In this document: piece by piece, positions 56,287-64,000 of the stretch
Position numbering within the stretch: position 1 is the stretch's first letter
Layout of the letters: the number at the start of each line of letters is the position of its first letter
Position numbers and translations under genes: made by a program
The notes under the pieces: model-generated
The model's input: the letters and a program-made list of their open reading frames with translations, nothing else
Database searches by the model: none
Told to the model about the DNA's origin: nothing
From: Minisyncoccia bacterium
Lineage (GTDB): Bacteria; Patescibacteriota; Minisyncoccia; Phycocordibacterales; UBA918
Assembly: GCA_041736805.1 (NCBI GenBank)
Contig: JBGSSW010000004.1
Location: 51,843-115,842 of the forward strand
Direction of reading: 5' to 3'
Length of the DNA stretch: 64,000 nucleotides

Positions 56287-57318
56287 ATGTCTGACGAAAC
56301 AGAAAACATTATATTTGGGCAGTACAACGAATCTACTTTGGAAGCACCTCTTAAAAAAAATAAGTGGCTGTTTGTAATTTGCTTTCTTTCGCTGTTGACA
56401 CTGTTTTTTTCTTTATCACTGATTTTTATTAAAAATTACGCCACAAAGCCGCCAAATGAATTTCCAATTAATTCTACTTTTGTTGTTGAAAAAGGAGCTA
56501 GTACTTGGAGTGTAATTCAAGCGGCTAAGCAACAAAGATTAATCAGATATGAACTAGCCTTATATTTTGAATTAAAACTTAATCACCCAGAGGATTTAAT
56601 CAAGGCCGGTACCTATACTTTTTCTAAGCCCCTAGACTTAGCAGAGCTGGCTACTGAGCTGACTTTGGGAAATCACTTAAGCGATTTAGTTAAAATTACC
56701 AATATTGAAGGGGAAACTTCTGTTCAAGTGGCGAATAAAGCCGCTAGTGTCTTAACCAACTTTAACGCGCAAATTTTTATAGAAATGGCCAAACCACTCG
56801 AAGGAAGACTTTTTCCTGATACCTATTTAGTTCCCAAATACTTTACTGAAGCAAAATTAGTGTATTTACTTACTTCTACTTTTGAGGAAAAAATTTCAGC
56901 CTACAAGGATAGAATTTTAGCTAGTAAGCTCAGTTTGGATGATATTATTATCCTTGCTTCAATTTTAGAAAGAGAAGCAAATACTATGGAAAGCAAAAAA
57001 ATAGTTTCGGGTATTTTGCAAAAAAGACTTTCTATAAATATGCCCTTACAAGTAGACGCTTCACTTGAGTACGTACTTGATAAACCGCTTTCTAAACTTA
57101 CCGCCGAAGACTTAGATATAGACTCACCATACAACACATACTTAAATTATGGTTTACCTCCTACGGCAATAGGTAATCCAGGATTAGACTCGATTATCGC
57201 AGTTTTGGAGCCTGAAGAAACAAACTATCTTTTTTATATAACTGGAGACGATGGTAATTTTTATTACGCTAAAGATTTTGACACCCATAAATTAAATGTG
57301 GCCAAATACTTGCGCTAA
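56287..57318 (+). CDS. mltG: Endolytic transglycosylase MltG (paralog 2)
   Basis: IKAGTY, EGRLFPDTY, LASILEREA, MPLQVDA, SPYNTYLNYGLPPTAIGNPG. Confidence 0.93.
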   Translation: MSDETENIIFGQYNESTLEAPLKKNKWLFVICFLSLLTLFFSLSLIFIKNYATKPPNEFPINSTFVVEKGASTWSVIQAAKQQRLIRYELALYFELKLNHPEDLIKAGTYTFSKPLDLAELATELTLGNHLSDLVKITNIEGETSVQVANKAASVLTNFNAQIFIEMAKPLEGRLFPDTYLVPKYFTEAKLVYLLTSTFEEKISAYKDRILASKLSLDDIIILASILEREANTMESKKIVSGILQKRLSINMPLQVDASLEYVLDKPLSKLTAEDLDIDSPYNTYLNYGLPPTAIGNPGLDSIIAVLEPEETNYLFYITGDDGNFYYAKDFDTHKLNVAKYLR

Positions 57319-57345
57319 TTCAGTAGCGTGATAATTTACTAAATC

Positions 57346-58410
57346 ATGAACAAGAAAAAAACTGTTTTTATTGGTCTTTCGGGTGGGGTAGATTCTTCTG
57401 TCGCTGCTCTTAGACTTTTGCAATCAGGCTATAATGTAGTCGGAGTTTTTATAAAAGTTTGGCATCCAGATTTTTTGGTTTGCAATTGGGAGCAAGAAAG
57501 ACTTGATGCTATGAGAGTGGCTGCTCATTTGGACATTAAATTTTTAACCTGCAACGCAGAAACAACCTACAAAGATGAAGTAGCTGATTATTTTATTAGC
57601 GAGTATCAGGCTGGACGAACCCCAAATCCTGACGTAATGTGCAACAAAAGTGTTAAATTTGGCGCTTTTTTGAAATTCGCCAAGGAAAATGGAGCTGACT
57701 ATATTGCTACCGGGCACTATGCTCAAAAAATTACTGCGAATGAGGAAGTTGAATTACATAGAGGAATTGATGGAAATAAAGATCAGTCATATTTTTTATG
57801 GTCACTAGATAGAGAACAACTTAAATCAGTTTTACTTCCGGTTGGAGATACTGCCAAAGAACAAATTAGAGCCGAAGCAACCAAAGCTAAAATACCGACA
57901 GCCACAAAGAAAGATAGTCAAGGGGTTTGCTTTCTTGGTCATATCGACATCAGAGATTTTTTATCTCATTACGTTGAACTAAAGAAGGGCAATGTACAAG
58001 ACGAGGTTGGAAATGTAATTGGAACACACAGCGGTTCACTAATTTACACAATTGGGCAAAGACATGGATTTGATGTCACCGTTATGGCCGAAAAAAGAGC
58101 TGCCTATTATGTCTGTGCAAAGAATCTTGAAAATAATACAATTACAGTTTCCACTACTCAACCAAAACTTAATGTCAGTAACGAAATGACTATTTCAAAT
58201 TTAGAGTTTAGAAAGCAAATTATCGTCGGAGAAAAATACGAAGCTCAGACTAGATATAGACAAAAACCATTTCTAGTTGAAATTTTGTCGATACAACAAA
58301 ATACTGGGGCTAAGTTAAAAATTCTAGAGACAACTGAAGCAGCTGCCAGTGGACAGTCCTGTGTACTATACTTAGGTAGCCAGTGCCTGGGAGGTGGTAT
58401 CATAGTTTAA
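57346..58410 (+). CDS. mnmA: tRNA-specific 2-thiouridylase MnmA
   Basis: SGGVDS, TPNPDVMCN, ATGHY, KDQSYFL, DSQGVCF, TIGQRHG. Confidence 0.98.
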   Translation: MNKKKTVFIGLSGGVDSSVAALRLLQSGYNVVGVFIKVWHPDFLVCNWEQERLDAMRVAAHLDIKFLTCNAETTYKDEVADYFISEYQAGRTPNPDVMCNKSVKFGAFLKFAKENGADYIATGHYAQKITANEEVELHRGIDGNKDQSYFLWSLDREQLKSVLLPVGDTAKEQIRAEATKAKIPTATKKDSQGVCFLGHIDIRDFLSHYVELKKGNVQDEVGNVIGTHSGSLIYTIGQRHGFDVTVMAEKRAAYYVCAKNLENNTITVSTTQPKLNVSNEMTISNLEFRKQIIVGEKYEAQTRYRQKPFLVEILSIQQNTGAKLKILETTEAAASGQSCVLYLGSQCLGGGIIV

Positions 58411-59252
58411 TGCACCTGCAAATAAAAAAAGCAGACGGTACTTTCGAATTTTTTAAAATCGAAAAACTAAGACGCTCTCTGCGCAGAGCTGGAGCTTCTC
58501 CTGATGAGGTAAATAACGTGGTAGCCAAGATAACTCAGGAGTTATACGAAGGGATACAGACGCAAGAAATTTATCGACGGGCATTTACTTTACTACGTGA
58601 AAGTGAATTACCGACAGCAGCTAGGTACTCGCTACGTAGAGCTTTGTTTGGACTTGGTCCAACAGGATTTCCTTTTGAGAGATTTATAGCCCGGCTTTTT
58701 GAAACAGATGGCTACAAAACTAAAACTGGAATTGTGCTGCAAGGACGCTGCGCTCCCCATGAAATTGATATTGCGGCTTACACTGATACACACAGCTTTG
58801 TCGGAGAAGCAAAGTTTCACTCTCGACCAGGGGTAAAATCGGACTTACAAGTAGCTTTATATTCTTACGCTCGGCTAATTGACTTAAAAGGAACTACTAT
58901 TTGTTCCGATGACATTTGTAGTATTCAAGAATTTTGGTTAATTACTAACACAAAATTTACTTCAACCGCTGAAGAGTACGGTGAATGCGTTGGAATTAAG
59001 ATGCTTAGCTGGGATTACCCAAAACACAACAATCTTCATGACCGAATCCAAAGAGCTAAAATATACCCAATTACTGTTCTACAAAGTCTAAATTCTGCCC
59101 AGATAGCTACCCTGATAGCTAGAGATATCATTGTTTGTAACGATATTGTTGACAACCAAGGTGCGTTAAGACATTTACACCTCTCTTCACCTAAACTTCA
59201 GGCTGTCATGAATGAGGTAAATGAAATATGTGAAAAGAAAATAACCGCTTAA
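58410..59252 (+). CDS. ATP-cone + Mrr-like restriction endonuclease domain protein
   Basis: IKKADGTFEFFKIEKLRRSL (ATP cone); FERFIARLF, HEIDI, EAK, LITNTKFT; TAATG overlap with mnmA. Confidence 0.8.
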   Translation: MHLQIKKADGTFEFFKIEKLRRSLRRAGASPDEVNNVVAKITQELYEGIQTQEIYRRAFTLLRESELPTAARYSLRRALFGLGPTGFPFERFIARLFETDGYKTKTGIVLQGRCAPHEIDIAAYTDTHSFVGEAKFHSRPGVKSDLQVALYSYARLIDLKGTTICSDDICSIQEFWLITNTKFTSTAEEYGECVGIKMLSWDYPKHNNLHDRIQRAKIYPITVLQSLNSAQIATLIARDIIVCNDIVDNQGALRHLHLSSPKLQAVMNEVNEICEKKITA

Positions 59253-59337
59253 AATAGAGATATTGTCAATATGGACCATATTTCCCTTATGATATAATTG
59301 GCATTATTACTATATATTCAGAAATTCAAATACCAAT

Positions 59338-59880
59338 ATGTTAGATGAAAAGCAAGAAGGGCAAAAGACTGTAGTCTCGTTTATAGTAGGTCTACTCATT
59401 GGAGGACTCCTAGTGTGGGCATTCTCAGGGCCAGAAGTTAAAGCACCAAGCGATAAGGATGACGATAAGGATGGAAAAGAAATGATGGATGAAGAAAAAG
59501 ATACAAATGAAGATGTAACAAAAACTGAAGAAAAAACAGAGGTGGTTCCAGTAGCAGTACTCCCAGTCGGAGACGGTAAAGTAACAACAGAAAATCAAGC
59601 CGCTGGCTCAGTTACAAAACTTACTTCAGCTGTTTTTCCAGTGAGCGAAGGCTGGATTGGTGTTAGAGATTACCAAAATGGTCAGCTAGGTGGGCTACTG
59701 GGCGTGGTTAGATTTAGTGAAGAACAAGGATTAGTGCCAAGTGAAGTAATCTTACAAAGAGCTACCGAAGCCGGAAAAGATTATGCTGTGGTAGTTTATA
59801 CCGAAAGTGGTGATAGACAGTTTAGTTTGGCAGACGACAAACAATTGGATTCTGTTTTTGCTACCTTTACTGCTGAATAG
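59338..59880 (+). CDS. Hypothetical membrane-anchored protein
   Basis: N-terminal TM, acidic linker, beta domain. Confidence 0.65.
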   Translation: MLDEKQEGQKTVVSFIVGLLIGGLLVWAFSGPEVKAPSDKDDDKDGKEMMDEEKDTNEDVTKTEEKTEVVPVAVLPVGDGKVTTENQAAGSVTKLTSAVFPVSEGWIGVRDYQNGQLGGLLGVVRFSEEQGLVPSEVILQRATEAGKDYAVVVYTESGDRQFSLADDKQLDSVFATFTAE

Positions 59881-59900
59881 TAGATACAATCTTTATGCTA

Positions 59901-59926
59901 CAAAAAAGCCCGCTGGGGCTTTTTTG
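59901..59926. terminator. Intrinsic terminator
   Basis: caaaaaagccc-gctg-gggcttttttg. Confidence 0.7.
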
Positions 59927-59959
59927 TTACCCAAATTACTATAGTGTTATACTTATCTC

Positions 59960-60754
59960 ATGGCAGAATTTAAAAAATACTATAACCCCAATCGAAGTAG
60001 TGAGTGGAACTATGGCGGAGAAAAATGGCGCCTATCACGTTCAAAAATTGACTTTTTTATTGAATGTCCACGTTGTTTTTATCTTGATAACAAACTTGGC
60101 ACCAAGCGCCCAGGTTTTCCCTCTTTCAATTTAAACATTGCGGTTGACGAGTTGTACAAGAAAGAATTTGACATTCATCGTGCCGCCAAAACGCCACATC
60201 CAATTATGAAGAAGTATAAAATTGAAGCGGTCCCTTTTTTGCACAAAAATATGGATAAATGGCGCGATCCATTTGTTGGTATCGAATATAAGGAACCCAA
60301 AACTGGTTTAATGGTATCGGGAGGGGTTGATGATATTTGGGAAACAAAAAAGAAATCGTTAATTATAGTTGATTATAAATCAACATCTAAAGCGGGTTCC
60401 ATTACTGAGCTTTCAGATAGTCCCTGGGATCAACAATATACTAGACAACTTGGAGTCTATCGCTGGTTACTAGAGAAAAACAACTTTGCAGTCGAACCAA
60501 GAGGTTACTTGGTTTATGCCAATGCAAGTAAGGAAGAAGCTGCTTTTGCTGACAAGTTGGTCTTTGAAACCACGTTAGTGTCAGTAGAAACTGATACGAA
60601 TTGGATATTACCAACATTACGAGACATTAAAATTTGTCTTGAGGGCGACGATTTACCAGCTATAGGTGAAAACTGTGAATTTTGTCCCTATCGTGAAGCT
60701 AGCGGTAAAAAACTTCAGGCCATCCATTATGCAAAAATTAAAGTCAAAAAGTAA
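59960..60754 (+). CDS. PD-(D/E)XK nuclease (RecB/AddB/Cas4-like) with four Cys
   Basis: LSRSKI...CPRC; GGVDD...IVDYKS; QLGVY; CEFC. Confidence 0.85.
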   Translation: MAEFKKYYNPNRSSEWNYGGEKWRLSRSKIDFFIECPRCFYLDNKLGTKRPGFPSFNLNIAVDELYKKEFDIHRAAKTPHPIMKKYKIEAVPFLHKNMDKWRDPFVGIEYKEPKTGLMVSGGVDDIWETKKKSLIIVDYKSTSKAGSITELSDSPWDQQYTRQLGVYRWLLEKNNFAVEPRGYLVYANASKEEAAFADKLVFETTLVSVETDTNWILPTLRDIKICLEGDDLPAIGENCEFCPYREASGKKLQAIHYAKIKVKK

Positions 60755-61004
60755 GAGGAACTTCAGTCTAGAGGTAAAGAATGTGGTTAAGAACATCCCA
60801 CGTGGCCAGACTCTTTCCTACAAAGAAGTGGCCACACTAGCTGGCAATGCGAAAGCCGCCCGAGCTGTAGCCAGAGTGATGTCTACTAATTATGATGAGA
60901 GTATTCCTTGTCATCGGGTAATTAGGAGTGACGGCACCTTTGGTGGCTATAACCGTGGTGGAGAGCTGGTCAAACGTGATATATTAGAGTCTGAATCTAA
61001 ATAA
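60729..61004 (+). CDS. Minimal O6-methylguanine-DNA methyltransferase (MGMT family)
   Basis: IPRGQTLSYKEVA, ARAVA, active-site PCHRV. Confidence 0.9.
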   Translation: MQKLKSKSKRNFSLEVKNVVKNIPRGQTLSYKEVATLAGNAKAARAVARVMSTNYDESIPCHRVIRSDGTFGGYNRGGELVKRDILESESK

Positions 61005-61009
61005 ACGTT

Positions 61010-61120
61010 ATGATCAATGACTCAGAACTAACAAGATTTAACCAAGAACTAAATAGTCTAAGAGATAGCGAAAGAGAGACTGAAGAAGAAAGAAGAAGAA
61101 CAGAGGCAAATAAAAAATAA
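61010..61120 (+). CDS. Putative 36-aa charged peptide, not in the ORF track
   Basis: MINDSELTRFNQELNSLRDSERETEEERRRTEANKK fills the gap with 5-nt spacing on each side. Confidence 0.4.
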   Translation: MINDSELTRFNQELNSLRDSERETEEERRRTEANKK

Positions 61121-61125
61121 CTTAT

Positions 61126-61728
61126 ATGTACTCCTATCGAGTCGAACAAGCCATTAGAGCAGCGGCAGTGCTGCACAAAAACCAACTTCGAAAGGGTTCA
61201 ATGCCTTTTCCATACATCACCCACTTAGTAGCCACAGCTTTTACTTTGATGGACTACAGCGACGATGAAGACGTTATAATTGCTGGGCTACTTCACGATA
61301 CACTTGAAGACACGGACTATACCATTGATGAATTACAAGAAGATTTTGGGGGACGCGTACGAGAGATTGTTGAAGCAGTAACCGAACCGAAAAGTACGCC
61401 GGAAAACAGAATTGCTTGGAAAGATAGAAAAAAGGCTTATGTGGAATTACTCAAAAAAGGACCGAAGGAATCAGTCTTAGTGGCTGCAGCAGACAAGATA
61501 CATAACTTTAGAACTTTAGTTGAAGATTACTCTGATGGTCACGACAGATTCATGACTGACTTTGGTAAAAATTTTGATGAAAGACTTGAAGTTTACCAAC
61601 TAATTGCCAACGTTATAAACAATCGACTAGAAGGAAGTATTTTAGCTGAATTTAACCACGTTTTTGAGGAATATAAACAATTTTTATACAATGTCAAAGA
61701 AACAGAAGAAAAAAGATATACTATCTAA
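61126..61728 (+). CDS. HD-domain small alarmone hydrolase-like (Mesh1/SpoT-HD) protein
   Basis: HKNQLRKG..PYITH, AGLLHDTLEDT, ADKIHN. Confidence 0.88.
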   Translation: MYSYRVEQAIRAAAVLHKNQLRKGSMPFPYITHLVATAFTLMDYSDDEDVIIAGLLHDTLEDTDYTIDELQEDFGGRVREIVEAVTEPKSTPENRIAWKDRKKAYVELLKKGPKESVLVAAADKIHNFRTLVEDYSDGHDRFMTDFGKNFDERLEVYQLIANVINNRLEGSILAEFNHVFEEYKQFLYNVKETEEKRYTI

Positions 61729-62998
61729 GGATTTTCGAAAAATACGTGAGGTAGATGGAATTACTGAGTATGTTTTAATAAATAACGGGCTACGCGTGCT
61801 TCATAAACATATTCCGAAAACCGGTGTAATTACCACAAATATTACCTATTTGGTTGGCTCAAGAGATGAACAGCCAGGTGAGACAGGTGTTGCACATATG
61901 CTTGAACACATGCTATTTAAACCGACCAAACAAGATATTGCAAAAAAAATACCTAGCGGCGCAATGGAATTTGAAAGAAACGTTGGCGTGGTTTTGAATG
62001 CTAATACTTGGAAAGACAGAACCACTTATTATTTTTCCTATGGCAAGGAACACTTTTCGGAGGCACTTTTAATTGAAGCGCAAAGAATGAGGGACGTGGT
62101 TTTATCTGATAAAGAATTTCTTCCAGAGCGGACAAATGTCCTTAGTGAGTTTGATATGTATAATGGTGACCCTCACTTTGCTTTAGCTGTTGACATGACC
62201 TGCTCGGCTTTTATTTCTCACCCTTATGGCCACGAGACAATAGGCTTTAGAGAGGACATTGAGGCCTATACGATCAGCAAACTCCAGAAATTCTATAATC
62301 ACTTTTATCGACCAAACAATGCTGTTTTAATGGTCATTGGTGATGTTGACGCTAGTGTCGCCCTAAAAGAAATCGCGGTTAAATTCAAGCATTTAGAAGC
62401 TGAGCCTAATGTAATGGATAGACCAATAATAGTAGAACCAAAACAAGAGGGGACAAGAAGGGTGGAAGTAGTCCGACCAGGAATTACTAATATTCTCGCC
62501 CTAGGCTTCAAACATCCAGCTTTCCCAGAACAAGGTTGGTTCGAAACTTGTATTATTTTACGCTTATTAACAGATGGCTCGGACAGCATCCTAGCTAAAA
62601 AGTTAATCGATACTGGTTTGGCTTCAGGAATTTCAGTCAGTCAATCCTTTTCCAAGGATAAGGATTTAGCAACAATTTATGTTACTTTGACTAAAAAAAC
62701 TACTCATAAAAGAGCTGAGGAATTAATCCTAGGATTAATTCGTGAAATATCAGTTACTACTATTAAAAAACAACTAAAACCAATTATTACCAAGATGGTT
62801 ACTGAGGAAATCTTTTCAAGAGACAGTAGCCTAAATATTGCCGCCGAACTAACAGAATATGTAGCTGCCGGGAAGTGGGAAGCTTACGTCGAAACAGAGA
62901 CCATCTTGAAAAAGATTAAACTTAAAGACATAAAAGTTCGTATGGACGAACTTTTTATTAATTCCAACTTAACTATTGGTAACTACAAAAGTATTTAG
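61691..62998 (+). CDS. M16 (pitrilysin) zinc peptidase, catalytic subunit
   Basis: GSRDE..GETGVAHMLEHMLF, NANT, HPYG, FYRPNNA. Confidence 0.92.
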   Translation: MSKKQKKKDILSKDFRKIREVDGITEYVLINNGLRVLHKHIPKTGVITTNITYLVGSRDEQPGETGVAHMLEHMLFKPTKQDIAKKIPSGAMEFERNVGVVLNANTWKDRTTYYFSYGKEHFSEALLIEAQRMRDVVLSDKEFLPERTNVLSEFDMYNGDPHFALAVDMTCSAFISHPYGHETIGFREDIEAYTISKLQKFYNHFYRPNNAVLMVIGDVDASVALKEIAVKFKHLEAEPNVMDRPIIVEPKQEGTRRVEVVRPGITNILALGFKHPAFPEQGWFETCIILRLLTDGSDSILAKKLIDTGLASGISVSQSFSKDKDLATIYVTLTKKTTHKRAEELILGLIREISVTTIKKQLKPIITKMVTEEIFSRDSSLNIAAELTEYVAAGKWEAYVETETILKKIKLKDIKVRMDELFINSNLTIGNYKSI

Positions 62999-62999
62999 T

Positions 63000-64000
63000 A
63001 TGTACGTCAAAACAAGCAGGGAGGGGAATCTTACTTACGGAGAAATAATTAAGCCGGGCGCAAGAACTATTTCATTAAATATTACTTCCGAAACTAACCT
63101 GAGGAATACTCCAGGTAATATTGTTTTAACTTTACTTTACAGCGATTTATTAATGTCTGGTTCGGGGGGGCTAAGCCGTGATGAATTTCAGTTCAAACTA
63201 AACGAACTAGGCTCTTCAATTACAGTTTCCGCCACTGAAGACAAAATTACCGTTAGCGTAAATCTACTTGAAACTAAACTTAAGCAAACAATGTCGCTAT
63301 TTGAATTAATGATAGCTAAGCCCAGTTTTAAAGTTGGCGAATTTAAGAGAGCAGCACAAACATTAAAAAATTCGCTAGAGCAACATAAAGAAAATGCCAA
63401 AAGTATTGCTCTGTCCAAATTAAAAAACTCGCTTTTTAATCCTGACAGTAGAAACTACAGCTACGACCCAGACACTTTAATTAAGGCTGTAGAAGAAATT
63501 AAACTAGTGAACTTTAAGGATATTCATGCTTTGTTTTTAGCTTCTAAATGGATAGCAACGGCAGGAGGTAGCGAAAAGGCTGTTAAGTCAATAATTAAAA
63601 ACTTAAGAAAGATTAAACCCCAGGGAGAAGAGTTGGAAAAAGCTGAGGAAGTTAATTTTAGTGGTTTGAAAAGCAAACATGTAATTACTCACGAAGTAAG
63701 TAGTAAACAAAATATTGAGGTTTCAATTGGAGGTTATTTACCCCTTACTCTAAACGACTCTGAACTGCCAGCTTTTTTATTTGGTTTGGCAGTTTTAGGG
63801 AAGTGGGGTGGTTTTTCAGGACGATTAATGAGCACAGTTCGTGAAAAAGAGGGTTTAACTTACGGTATTTATGCTCATGTGCAGGGAATTACTTTAGACA
63901 GGGCAGGGTTTTGGCGAATCATGACTTTTTTTTCACCAAAAGACGTTGTTAAGGGAGTCACGTCAACTTTACGAGAAGTAAGTCTTATTGCAAATAGAGG
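63000..64000 (+). CDS. M16 peptidase partner (non-catalytic) subunit, 3'-truncated by the window edge
   Basis: ATG at 63000, frame open to the end; no HxxEH; GGFSGRLMSTVREKEGLTYGIYA. Confidence 0.85.
   Translation, partial: MYVKTSREGNLTYGEIIKPGARTISLNITSETNLRNTPGNIVLTLLYSDLLMSGSGGLSRDEFQFKLNELGSSITVSATEDKITVSVNLLETKLKQTMSLFELMIAKPSFKVGEFKRAAQTLKNSLEQHKENAKSIALSKLKNSLFNPDSRNYSYDPDTLIKAVEEIKLVNFKDIHALFLASKWIATAGGSEKAVKSIIKNLRKIKPQGEELEKAEEVNFSGLKSKHVITHEVSSKQNIEVSIGGYLPLTLNDSELPAFLFGLAVLGKWGGFSGRLMSTVREKEGLTYGIYAHVQGITLDRAGFWRIMTFFSPKDVVKGVTSTLREVSLIANR

Noticed and set aside
59960-60754. Cas4 as evidence of CRISPR-Cas
   Set aside because: Solo PD-(D/E)XK nuclease with no array or other cas genes
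1-64000. Alternative genetic code (UGA=Gly, as in Gracilibacteria/Absconditabacteria)
   Set aside because: Long conserved genes are intact under code 11, and TGA ends genes at expected positions (e.g. 41251)

Overview
AT-rich (roughly mid-30s % GC by eye), gene-dense bacterial chromosome segment using genetic code 11. Gene content suggests Patescibacteria (CPR, probably Parcubacteria); this is inferred, as no marker rRNA is present. Layout: (1) 0.3-13.2 kb, a cell-surface cluster with a cohesin+dockerin protein, a TolB-like propeller protein, a 2441-aa repetitive adhesin ending in a WxL/pilin-like domain, and two DUF916/WxLIP-like membrane partners. (2) 13-32 kb, envelope and housekeeping genes (TlpA-like protein lacking CxxC, AI-2E, CapA, FKBP, tgt, uvrB/A/C, ddl) plus an unexplained GC-rich structured intergenic element. 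(3) 32.4-34.1 kb, two tRNA-Ala genes, the second followed by an integrase-less tandem array of small units, each ending in a copy of the tRNA 3' end. This is the most novel-looking feature. (4) 34-64 kb, a PMM-like HAD, an RND pair, a flavodoxin-fold oxidoreductase, two mltG, ychF, a LamG-repeat protein, leuS, mnmA, an ATP-cone nuclease, a Cas4-like nuclease, MGMT, a Mesh1-like HD protein and an M16 peptidase pair. Many native genes look leaderless, whereas several orphan genes carry strong Shine-Dalgarno sites. All calls come from motif reading only; no database searches were run.
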